Assembly (NCBI GenBank): GCA_050309605.1
Contig: JBNRMN010000063.1
Span: 46,758-110,757, forward strand
Origin: Anaerohalosphaeraceae bacterium
GTDB lineage: Bacteria > Planctomycetota > Phycisphaerae > Sedimentisphaerales > Anaerohalosphaeraceae
Length of the DNA: 64,000 bases
Direction of reading: 5' to 3'
A program made the translations under genes and the position numbers. This document shows positions 51,031-58,977 of this stretch, piece by piece. The notes below the pieces were generated by a model. The model was not told the origin of the DNA. It did not search any database and worked only from the letters and a program-made list of their open reading frames with translations. How positions within the stretch are numbered: the stretch's first letter is position 1; the number at the start of each line of letters is the position of its first letter.

Positions 51031-51810
51031 ATGAAAAAGTTATTGCTCATTGCACTGGTGGCCGCACTCATGGCTCCGGCCATGGCGGCGCAGTCATACT
51101 ACTTCACCATCACACCTGATGATGTATTGCCCGCAGTTGTGTACGGAACAAATGATCCGGCGCCAGGTTTCGAAAGTGGAAGTTGGCAAGCCAATGGCAG
51201 TTCTAAGTTTTCCCTTTATTTGACGCCGCAATCCTTGTTCGGAAAGTCAGTACAAGTTCAAGATATTGCACGGATCAGTTGGTACACAAAGAAAGAAGCG
51301 GTCAGCAACTATGACTGGTATCTGAGTGTTTATACGGCACCTGAAGGTGATACCGGGTGGTATCAAGATCGTTTCACACTTGAACCGCTTTATTCAAATA
51401 ACTATAACAATCCTGCGGATCAATGGGTTCAATGGAGTACTGATGAAGGAACTAACCAGTTAACCGTATATGATGCCACGAATGGCACTGTGTATGGTTT
51501 TTATGGCGGTCCCACCTTGCAGGATTTAACAACAGATGTGGTCAATTGGGGTGATTATTTGACCAGCGGCAGCTCAGAGATTATAGATTACAGGGAAAAA
51601 GAAGTTAAATATCTTGTTTGGGAGACTGGGTCCGGTTGGGCATCTGATTACACTGGGTTGCTTGATGGTTTGGCGATTGAATTGGTTAATGGTGATGCAG
51701 CGTATATTAATCTCGAACCGGCAACGGTTATCCCCGCTCCCGGCGCGATTTTGCTGGCGGGGCTTGGTACGAGCGTGGTCGGCTGGCTGCGTCGTCGGCG
51801 TGCGCTGTAA
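51031..51810 (+). CDS. PEP-CTERM-like surface protein 3
   Basis: Signal peptide; AT-rich passenger; tail IPAPGAILLAGLGTSVVGWLRRRRAL. Confidence 0.88.
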   Translation: MKKLLLIALVAALMAPAMAAQSYYFTITPDDVLPAVVYGTNDPAPGFESGSWQANGSSKFSLYLTPQSLFGKSVQVQDIARISWYTKKEAVSNYDWYLSVYTAPEGDTGWYQDRFTLEPLYSNNYNNPADQWVQWSTDEGTNQLTVYDATNGTVYGFYGGPTLQDLTTDVVNWGDYLTSGSSEIIDYREKEVKYLVWETGSGWASDYTGLLDGLAIELVNGDAAYINLEPATVIPAPGAILLAGLGTSVVGWLRRRRAL

Positions 51811-51916
51811 GTGATGAATCGCTCGCGGGGGTGTGTGCCCCCGCGGCCTTCTTCTTAGTGAGAAGGAGAATCGAAGAGCGTTTACTTATTATCAATTGAG
51901 AAAGCGAGCTGTGATG

Positions 51917-52537
51917 ATGAAAAAGTTCCTGTTTATGGTAATGGTTTCGGCACTCGTCGTGCCGGCAACGGCGGCTGTTACCGGCCTGTTCAATACGGGT
52001 GTGGATAATGACGGCAACCCGCTGGGTTATGGCGATGTTGACCCTCATTACACATTTATCATCGAGAGTACCGGAGACCCTATTGCGGTTCAAGCTGTTT
52101 CTCCCTGGTATATCCCCGGTGATAACGCCAATTGGATTGCGCCGACAGATTTTGAGACTTCTGACGATGTAACGAGCTGGACCTATTACACGACGTTTGT
52201 TGTCAATGGTGATCCTTCCCGTGTGGTTATTAAGGGCAAATGGGCCACCGACAATGAGGGGTTTCTCTTCATTAACTCAAACGATGCGTTGTATTCAAGG
52301 GAAGGTGAGTTCAATTACTCGGATCTGAGTGAGTTTACAATTACCGGTGAACATTTGATTCAGGGCACAAACCATTTAATGTTTAAGGTTGCCAATTTAC
52401 CGGGCTCCGGGCACAATCCGTCAGGCTTGCTGGTCACGGATTTATCGGTGACCATTATCCCTGCTCCCGGTGCGATTTTGCTGGCCGGGCTTGGTACGAG
52501 CGTGGTCGGCTGGCTGCGTCGTCGGCGTGCGCTGTAA
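51917..52537 (+). CDS. PEP-CTERM-like surface protein 4
   Basis: Signal peptide; LFNTGVD...DPHY...WATDN beta domain; tail identical in protein sequence to gene 3. Confidence 0.88.
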   Translation: MKKFLFMVMVSALVVPATAAVTGLFNTGVDNDGNPLGYGDVDPHYTFIIESTGDPIAVQAVSPWYIPGDNANWIAPTDFETSDDVTSWTYYTTFVVNGDPSRVVIKGKWATDNEGFLFINSNDALYSREGEFNYSDLSEFTITGEHLIQGTNHLMFKVANLPGSGHNPSGLLVTDLSVTIIPAPGAILLAGLGTSVVGWLRRRRAL

Positions 52538-52767
52538 GATTTTAGGTATGCAGGAATGGTAAGGTGTAGGTGTGTAGCCCGGCCGCTGCGCGGCAGCGCT
52601 GGAGCGGCCGATGAGCCGGGGCACTGCAACCTATCCTGTGTGTAATTATTTCGTCTCCCGCGTCGCTGCTTTCCGCGACGCGGGGGGCGGACTGATTCTA
52701 TGATGTTATTGTGTTGCGATGTAAAATAGTAATCGATTAGACGTACTGTGTTCGAAAGGAAGGAAAC

Positions 52768-53331
52768 GTGAAGAAGCAAACACTCCTTGTATTGATGTGC
52801 GCCCTCGTTGCGCCCGCATGGGCGGCAGAAACGTGGACATGGTCCGGCTATGCCGGTGCTACGGGATCGGGTCATTATTATCTGCAAATTCTGATGGGTG
52901 GTGACAATTCATTTCAGCAATCGACCGGGATCAGTAACTTCCACTATTGGGGCACTGATAACGGTGATTTAGTCTTATATTCCCTTGACGATTGGAGCCA
53001 GATTTATAATGACGGCAGTGCGGTCATTGCTTATTCGCCGGACGGGTTTTACAGTTCTAATCCAATTTGCTATGACCTGCACTTGAACGGCAGTTCGCAG
53101 GATACCTACCAGCTTGCGGTTCAATGGTATAGTGCCGACGCCACTCTTCAAAAAACCTACAATATTGAGATTGTAGATGGTAAGGCAAAAGGTCTTGGCT
53201 ACGCTGTTTTCCCCGGGCAGGATACGCTTGTGATGCCGTCGGCCAGTGTTGTTCCCTCGCCGGGTGCGATATTGCTGACCGGTATCGGCACGAGCCTGGT
53301 CGGCTGGCTGCGACGGCGATGGGTACTGTGA
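52768..53331 (+). CDS. PEP-CTERM-like surface protein 5
   Basis: GTG start after AGGAAGGA; signal peptide; tail VPSPGAILLTGIGTSLVGWLRRRWVL. Confidence 0.85.
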   Translation: MKKQTLLVLMCALVAPAWAAETWTWSGYAGATGSGHYYLQILMGGDNSFQQSTGISNFHYWGTDNGDLVLYSLDDWSQIYNDGSAVIAYSPDGFYSSNPICYDLHLNGSSQDTYQLAVQWYSADATLQKTYNIEIVDGKAKGLGYAVFPGQDTLVMPSASVVPSPGAILLTGIGTSLVGWLRRRWVL

Positions 53332-53509
53332 ATACGGATAATGCCGCCTATCGCGACTGGATGGATTATAACGCGGTCAAGTGTAATCGCGTACTAGCAG
53401 CAGTGCTGTAATGACGCCAAAAGCGACAAAACCGCGTCCAACCATCGCCGGCTAATTTTTGAAATAACCGCGTATAAAAAACGAAAAACGTGACATTTTG
53501 ATTTTCTTG

Positions 53510-53539
53510 TTGACTTTCTCAGGGTTGGTTGTATATAAT
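53510..53539 (+). promoter_or_regulatory. sigma70-like promoter C
   Basis: TTGACT-18 bp-TATAAT. Confidence 0.65.
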
Positions 53540-53556
53540 TAGCGAGTACAGGACTG

Positions 53557-53628
53557 AAGCGGGGGTGTTAACGCACCAATGGGAAAAGGAAGCTCCCTTT
53601 AATACGCAGAGTGATTCTGCCGCCGCTT
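53557..53628 (+). ncRNA. candidate four-way-junction leader RNA, copy C
   Basis: Stems AAGCGG/CCGCTT, GGTGT/GCACC, GGGA/TCCC, GCAGAG/TTCTGC. Confidence 0.5.
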
Positions 53629-53921
53629 AAAGGATTAAAAGACTTTTCTGTTGCCCGCGGCCGTCGTGCCGCAACAGTGACAGAAGGTCACAGCAGGCCA
53701 GGCCGCTGTCCGGCAGCCTGCGGGGTGAATGGAAACAAAACTATCCGGACCGGGAGAAATTCGAAGAGAATGCTTCGGTGAGGGGAGAAATTTTTTCATT
53801 CTATCCGCGCCCGGCACGACACAATGCGTCCGCTTGGGTTCAGTATATTTCAATCGTGTGTGTAAACGCCCTTGTGGCGAACGTTGATAGAATATCTATA
53901 GTGCTATGGAAAGGGAAAATG

Positions 53922-54620
53922 ATGAAAAAACTCGTATTACTCTCATTGATCGCCGCACTCGTCGTGCCGGCAATGGCTGCGGAAACAATGAATGTGTGGA
54001 GTGAATCGCATACAGGACAGATCAGATCGCAAGGTTGGTTGGGAGCGTCCTATGCACCGAGTGCTTTAATTGAGATGACAATAAAGTATGTCGATGGCGG
54101 CCAGTTCGTCATGGAAAACGACTACCGAAGCTGGTACGGCGATGAAGATGGAAACATCCAGCAGTTTTTCTTTGATACCAATAGAGATGTAGAAGTAACG
54201 CTTCGATGGTCAGGATTGGCACCTTATAGTGGTATCAGTGCCTTAAGGAATTCTACTTTTGGCGCAGATTTGCTTATCTGGGATGGCCTTGGACAGGAAG
54301 CACAGGATGGTACAACATTGGATGAATGGAGTAATTACAGTTCCGGATCTGGTACTAAATCATTTATTTTTAGCTATGATGGTGAAGGCACCTTGAGCTT
54401 TGACAATACAGCGTTGATAGTTGAACATAATTATTTTGATATATTTGGCCAAGCAAATGCGACCGGAAATAACCATGACGATGATGGCAAACACGGTATC
54501 GGTGTACGGTTCGTTTTTGCTCCTACGGATATTGCAGTTATTCCCGCACCGGGTGCGATTCTGCTGACCGGTATCGGCACCAGCCTGGTTGGCTGGCTGC
54601 GTCGTCGTCGGTCGCTGTAA
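53922..54620 (+). CDS. PEP-CTERM-like surface protein 6
   Basis: Signal peptide MKKLVLLSLIAALVVPAMA; AT-rich passenger; tail IPAPGAILLTGIGTSLVGWLRRRRSL. Confidence 0.88.
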   Translation: MKKLVLLSLIAALVVPAMAAETMNVWSESHTGQIRSQGWLGASYAPSALIEMTIKYVDGGQFVMENDYRSWYGDEDGNIQQFFFDTNRDVEVTLRWSGLAPYSGISALRNSTFGADLLIWDGLGQEAQDGTTLDEWSNYSSGSGTKSFIFSYDGEGTLSFDNTALIVEHNYFDIFGQANATGNNHDDDGKHGIGVRFVFAPTDIAVIPAPGAILLTGIGTSLVGWLRRRRSL

Positions 54621-54641
54621 ATACGCAGGATAGATTTTTTC

Positions 54642-54687
54642 AGCGTCCCTCTATGTGCTTCGGCGCATAGGGGGACGCTTTTTATTT
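54642..54687 (+). terminator. intrinsic terminator ending the array
   Basis: AGCGTCCCTCTATGTGC-TTCG-GCGCATAGGGGGACGCT followed by TTTTATTT. Confidence 0.85.
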
Positions 54688-54709
54688 GGTTGGCCGCCTT
54701 ACGGCGGTT

Positions 54710-55068
54710 GGATGGGGCGTTGCCCACAGCGTTACGCCCTATCGGGCGGCTCGCGCCGCCGCGCTTTTGTTGTGTTCCCCTCCTTTTTCAAGGAGGGGTG
54801 GACGCGAAGCGACGGGGTGGTATCATTCAACCCCGGCCTTAGCCGGTTCCGCTTTTCGGCATTTCACGCCGAGTCGAATTTTTCTTGTTTTATACCCCCT
54901 CCCCCTTTCGGGGTACTCCCCCTTAGCAGGGGGAGAGCTTGACAAAAGCCGAGGCCGGATGGCGTTACCCACAGCGCGACGCCCTATCGGGCGGCTTGCG
55001 CCGCCGCGCTTTTGTTAGCACCCCTCCCTTTTTCGAGGAGGGGTGGCCGCGAAGCGGACAGGGGTGGT
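54710..55068. repeat. REP/BIME-like cluster: two ~110-bp direct units
   Basis: Units at ~54710-54821 and ~54957-55068, each a family B REP half plus a CCCCTCC-TTTTC(A/G)A-GGAGGGG hairpin; a related opposite-orientation hairpin lies at ~54892-54938. Confidence 0.75.
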
Positions 55069-55102
55069 TGCGTCAGAGAACCGTCCGTTTGATGCCGGGC
55101 GA

Positions 55103-55462
55103 TTAGTCGCTGGCGGACGGGTCTTCGAACTCAATGTCTTCCAGCAACAGCGGGGCATCGGGCTGGAAATCAAAGTGCGCACTTTGGCACGTCGGGCATT
55201 TGGGGCGATACACGTCAAACGCAAAGACCGCCCCGCACTCGATACACTTGGCCTGCAGGGGGTTGTGGCAAATCTCCAGCCGCATGCCTTCGCACGGCGT
55301 GCCCGGACTGATGCTCTCAAAGGCAAACCGCATTGTCTCATCATTGAGCGCATTGAACTGGCCGCAGGAGATCCGCGCTGCCACCGGACGCGCTCCGCCG
55401 AGCCGTTCGGCCTGTTCCGTAATCGTCTGCAAAATACTTTCAGCCACCGCCATCTCGTGCAT
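55103..55462 (-). CDS. hypA: hydrogenase nickel metallochaperone
   Basis: MHE start; CxxC...CPxC. Confidence 0.93.
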   Translation of the reverse strand: MHEMAVAESILQTITEQAERLGGARPVAARISCGQFNALNDETMRFAFESISPGTPCEGMRLEICHNPLQAKCIECGAVFAFDVYRPKCPTCQSAHFDFQPDAPLLLEDIEFEDPSASD

Positions 55463-56478
55463 CAGCAAATCCTCGGCAATTCGCGTCCATAAGGCATCTG
55501 CACCACCCGCCGTCCGCCGGCTTTGGTCTTCAGTTCAACCAGCGGCTCGGTGCCGGAGACGACCGTTCCGATGATCGCGGCGCGCCGGCCCAGCGGATGG
55601 GTGCGGCAAATGGCGATGAATCGCTCGGCCGCGTCCTCGGCCACAACGGCGACGATCCGCCCTTCGTTGGCGATGTTCAGCACATCCAGGCCGAGCATGT
55701 CGGCCGCGGCCTGAACCGTGCGGTCGATGGGAATCGCCGCTTCGTCCAGCTCCATCGGCAAACCGACGTGCTGAACGATTTCATTGGTCACCGCCGCCAG
55801 CCCGCCGCGCGTCGGATCGCGCATAAACTTGACGTCCCGTCCGAATTTTTCGAACAGCAGCTCGGCCAGCCCGTTCAACGCCGCACAATCGCTTTCCAGC
55901 GATGAGGTAAACTCCAGTCCCTCGCGCTGCGACATAATCGTCATGCCGTGATCGCCCAGCGTGCCGGTGACGATGACGTGATCGCCCACGCAGACCCGCT
56001 CAAAGCCCACCTCCGCGCCGTCCAGCTTGGCGCCGATGCCGGCGGTGTTGATGTAGATGCCGTCGGCGGCGCCTTTCTCGACGACTTTGGTATCGCCGGT
56101 GACGATGGGCACGCCCGCACGCTGGGCGGTGCAGGCGGCGCTGTCCAGCAGCGCTTCGAGCAGCCCCATATCAAAGCCCTCTTCGATGATCAGCGACAAA
56201 CTCAGCGCCGCCGGTTTGGCGCCGACCACGGCCAGATCATTGATCGTGCCGCATACGGCCAGCTTGCCGATGTCCCCGCCGTTGAAGACCAGCGGCTTGA
56301 CGACAAAGCTGTCGGTCGTAAAGCACAGCGTCTCGGCGGAGATGTTCAGCTCGGCCGAGTCTTTCAGTTGTCCCAACGCGGCGTTGGCAAACCGCGGCAC
56401 GATGAGCTTGCCGATTAATTCGTTCATCAGCCGTCCGCCGCCGCCGTGCGCCAACATAACTTTTCTTGACTCGTCCAT
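55462..56478 (-). CDS. hypE: hydrogenase maturation carbamoyl dehydratase
   Basis: HGGGG, TTDSFVV, GDTKVV, RDPTRGG, C-terminal LPRIC. Confidence 0.96.
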   Translation of the reverse strand: MDESRKVMLAHGGGGRLMNELIGKLIVPRFANAALGQLKDSAELNISAETLCFTTDSFVVKPLVFNGGDIGKLAVCGTINDLAVVGAKPAALSLSLIIEEGFDMGLLEALLDSAACTAQRAGVPIVTGDTKVVEKGAADGIYINTAGIGAKLDGAEVGFERVCVGDHVIVTGTLGDHGMTIMSQREGLEFTSSLESDCAALNGLAELLFEKFGRDVKFMRDPTRGGLAAVTNEIVQHVGLPMELDEAAIPIDRTVQAAADMLGLDVLNIANEGRIVAVVAEDAAERFIAICRTHPLGRRAAIIGTVVSGTEPLVELKTKAGGRRVVQMPYGRELPRIC

Positions 56479-56503
56479 AAATCCTCTTTCAAAAATGCTG
56501 TTT

Positions 56504-56576
56504 ACCACGAAGCTCACGAAGGACACGGAGTTTTTTACTTCTTTTTTTTCTTTGTGCTCTTTGTGTCCTTCGCGGT
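56504..56576. repeat. inverted 9-mer-periodic repeat hairpin
   Basis: ACCACGAAGCTCACGAAGGACACGGAG ... CTTTGTGCTCTTTGTGTCCTTCGCGGT. Confidence 0.6.
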
Positions 56577-57646
56577 TAATCTTTTTTGCCGTATTTGTAC
56601 CAGGCCGCGCACGCCCCTTCGGTGCTGACCATGCACGGCCCGACGGGCGTGTCGGGCGTGCAGCTTGTGCCGAACAGGGCGCATTGCGGCGGATCGAGAA
56701 GGCCGCACAGCACGTCGCCGCATCGGCAGCCGGCCGGTTCCGGGGTTGGCGTTTCGGTCAGGCCGAACCGCTTGAGCGCATCAAAGCGATGATAGGCCTC
56801 TTTCAATCGCAGCGAAGCGCCCGGAATAACCCCCAGCCCGCGCCACGGCCCGTCCCACGCCTCAAAATACGTGTCCATCAATCGCAATGCGACGGGGTTG
56901 CCCTCCGGGGTAACCACCGCCTGATAAACCGAATCGACCTGCGGGTGTTCGTCGGCAAGCTGACCGCAGATGCGGGCGATGCCTTCAAGAATCTGGGCGG
57001 CCTCGAATCCGGCCACCACGCACGGCCGCTTGAATTCTTCGGCGATAGGGCGATAGGCCTCGGAGCCGATGATCACGCTGACATGGCCGGGACACAGAAA
57101 CGCGTCGATCTTGTCGTTGCGGCTGGACAGCAGCGCCGCCATGGCCGGCACGACGATCTTATGGCCGCACAGAACGCAGAAATTGTCCAGCCCTTCTTGT
57201 TGCGCCTGCTCAATAGCCACCGCGGTGGCGGGCGTGGTCGTCTCAAAGCCCACTGCCACGAAGACCACCGTCTTGTCCGGGTTTTTTCGCGCCAGGGCAA
57301 GGGCGTTGTCGGAACTGAACACAACCTTGATGTTCGAGCGGTGCAGCGTCTCCAGTGAGCCGTTTGTGCCCGGCACGCGAATCATATCGCCATAGGTCGC
57401 GATAAGGCAGTCATCCCGCCGCGCCAACTCAATCACGGCGTCAATCAGCCCCTGATCGGTCACACACACCGGACAGCCCGGCCCCGATAGCAGCTTCAGC
57501 GACCTCGGCAGCAGCGACCGAATGCCGTGACGAAACAACGCCACCGTATGTGTGCCGCACACTTCCATAATCTGTACCGGACGGCCGATCTTCGCACACG
57601 CCGCGTCAATCTGCTCTCGTACAATCTGTAAACGTTCCATCGACAT
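56576..57646 (-). CDS. hypD: hydrogenase formation protein
   Basis: MEVCGTHT, GPGCPVC, GFETT, PGHVS, GPCMVSTEGACAA. Confidence 0.97.
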   Translation of the reverse strand: MSMERLQIVREQIDAACAKIGRPVQIMEVCGTHTVALFRHGIRSLLPRSLKLLSGPGCPVCVTDQGLIDAVIELARRDDCLIATYGDMIRVPGTNGSLETLHRSNIKVVFSSDNALALARKNPDKTVVFVAVGFETTTPATAVAIEQAQQEGLDNFCVLCGHKIVVPAMAALLSSRNDKIDAFLCPGHVSVIIGSEAYRPIAEEFKRPCVVAGFEAAQILEGIARICGQLADEHPQVDSVYQAVVTPEGNPVALRLMDTYFEAWDGPWRGLGVIPGASLRLKEAYHRFDALKRFGLTETPTPEPAGCRCGDVLCGLLDPPQCALFGTSCTPDTPVGPCMVSTEGACAAWYKYGKKD

Positions 57647-57680
57647 CGTAAAACCTCAACCTTATCGGTTATTTAAGTAG

Positions 57681-57731
57681 TTCCCCTCCTTTTCAAGGAG
57701 GGGTGGCCGCCGAAGGCGGACGGGGTGGTAT
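57681..57731. repeat. CCCCTCC...GGAGGGG REP-like hairpin, third copy
   Basis: TTCCCCTCCTTTTCAAGGAGGGGTGGCCGCCGAAGGCGGACGGGGTGGTAT matches the 54.8 and 55.0 kb units. Confidence 0.75.
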
Positions 57732-57777
57732 AAAAACACCCCGGCGCAGCCGGCTCCACACTTTTACATTTTCCCTT

Positions 57778-58017
57778 TTACCCTTTGCCTTCTCGTTTGG
57801 CCTCCATCGCCGCAATCTGCTCAAACAACTCCCACGTCTTAGCCGCCTCCTCCTCATCCACCCTGGCAATCGCATACCCGGCGTGAATCAGTACAATATC
57901 CCCCACCTCCACCTCCGGCGTCAGCGTAATACGAATCTCCCACCGATTGCCCATCGCATCCGCAACCGCCTTATCGCCGTCTTTCTCAATAATCCTCGCC
58001 GGAACCGCTAAACACAT
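57778..58017 (-). CDS. hypC: hydrogenase maturation chaperone
   Basis: MCLAVP, VGDIVLIHAGYAI. Confidence 0.96.
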   Translation of the reverse strand: MCLAVPARIIEKDGDKAVADAMGNRWEIRITLTPEVEVGDIVLIHAGYAIARVDEEEAAKTWELFEQIAAMEAKREGKG

Positions 58018-58139
58018 AAAGTATCCTTTGGATAAAAAACTAAATCATAAGCACTAAATTCGAAACAAGATCAAATTCTAAAGTTGCATCAAAACTACAT
58101 CATAACTTTACCTCATTAAGAATGAAACTCTATTTCAGC

Positions 58140-58952
58140 TTAGGGTTTCCAAACAACCGTATTTATGTCATCCTCTGATTCAATCCAAAATGCTTCGTTG
58201 GATGGCGGTCGAATTTCAAATAATGTACCGTCTGATAATCGATATCTTACTATCCGTCCATTGACCAAACACAGATAAGCATATTGTTCCTGCTCCCGCT
58301 GATACGTTTTCATGAGGTCGTAATCACCATTAAGATTCCGATCCCCATTCGCCGTGAAGAGCAAAACAGTATTGCCTGCAACCTCGCTTAACTTCAAACC
58401 GCCCAGATTTTTATTAAAAGCGACATTACAGGAGTATTCATGATGAAATATCAAAAAGTCAAACTCTGATAAATACTCAGAATTTCTTATAAGCAAATCA
58501 CACCACTTTTCTGCCGATGGGAATCTATTGTTGTTATGCTCTGAGTATTCTAACATTGTATTACGCAAGTTGTTCAAACGATAAGAAGACTTGCCCGCAT
58601 AAGATGTTTGGTATCTAAATCTTTCTGTAAAAGGGTTATAAATAGTGCACAGTATCGGTAAAATTAATAAGCTGCATACGGCCACAATGCTGAGATATTT
58701 CCATTTCTCACATTTCACAAAAAAATTGCAAATAATAAGACAGATCGAACTCACGATAGCATAAAAGCACAACGCGATTGAAAAAACGAGAAAATTTAAC
58801 GCATGTCCCATATTTCGCGAAAGAAAATTGTCGCCAGAGAAAAAGACCAATGTCCGCCAAATAACCAAAAAGAGCAATGAAAGACACAATGCCCCTTTTG
58901 TTATAAGAGAAAAGATTTTATAATATTCGCGAAAATCGGGATTAGGTTTCAT
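58140..58952 (-). CDS. hypothetical membrane protein, paralog 1 (AT-rich)
   Basis: Three TM segments then YSEHNNNRFPSAEKWCDLL...AFNKNL...VLLFTA...YAYLCLVNGRI...WKP. Confidence 0.75.
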   Translation of the reverse strand: MKPNPDFREYYKIFSLITKGALCLSLLFLVIWRTLVFFSGDNFLSRNMGHALNFLVFSIALCFYAIVSSICLIICNFFVKCEKWKYLSIVAVCSLLILPILCTIYNPFTERFRYQTSYAGKSSYRLNNLRNTMLEYSEHNNNRFPSAEKWCDLLIRNSEYLSEFDFLIFHHEYSCNVAFNKNLGGLKLSEVAGNTVLLFTANGDRNLNGDYDLMKTYQREQEQYAYLCLVNGRIVRYRLSDGTLFEIRPPSNEAFWIESEDDINTVVWKP

Positions 58953-58977
58953 TAAATTTATCCTATCTATTACAGTC

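Noticed and set aside
48795..54620. Array as a diversity-generating retroelement, integron or shufflon
   Set aside because: No reverse transcriptase, integrase or invertase in the window; tail mismatches are not adenine-specific; all genes are co-oriented; no convincing attC sites.
54690..55075. Possible CRISPR array
   Set aside because: Only two long palindromic units, no regular repeat-spacer period and no cas genes.
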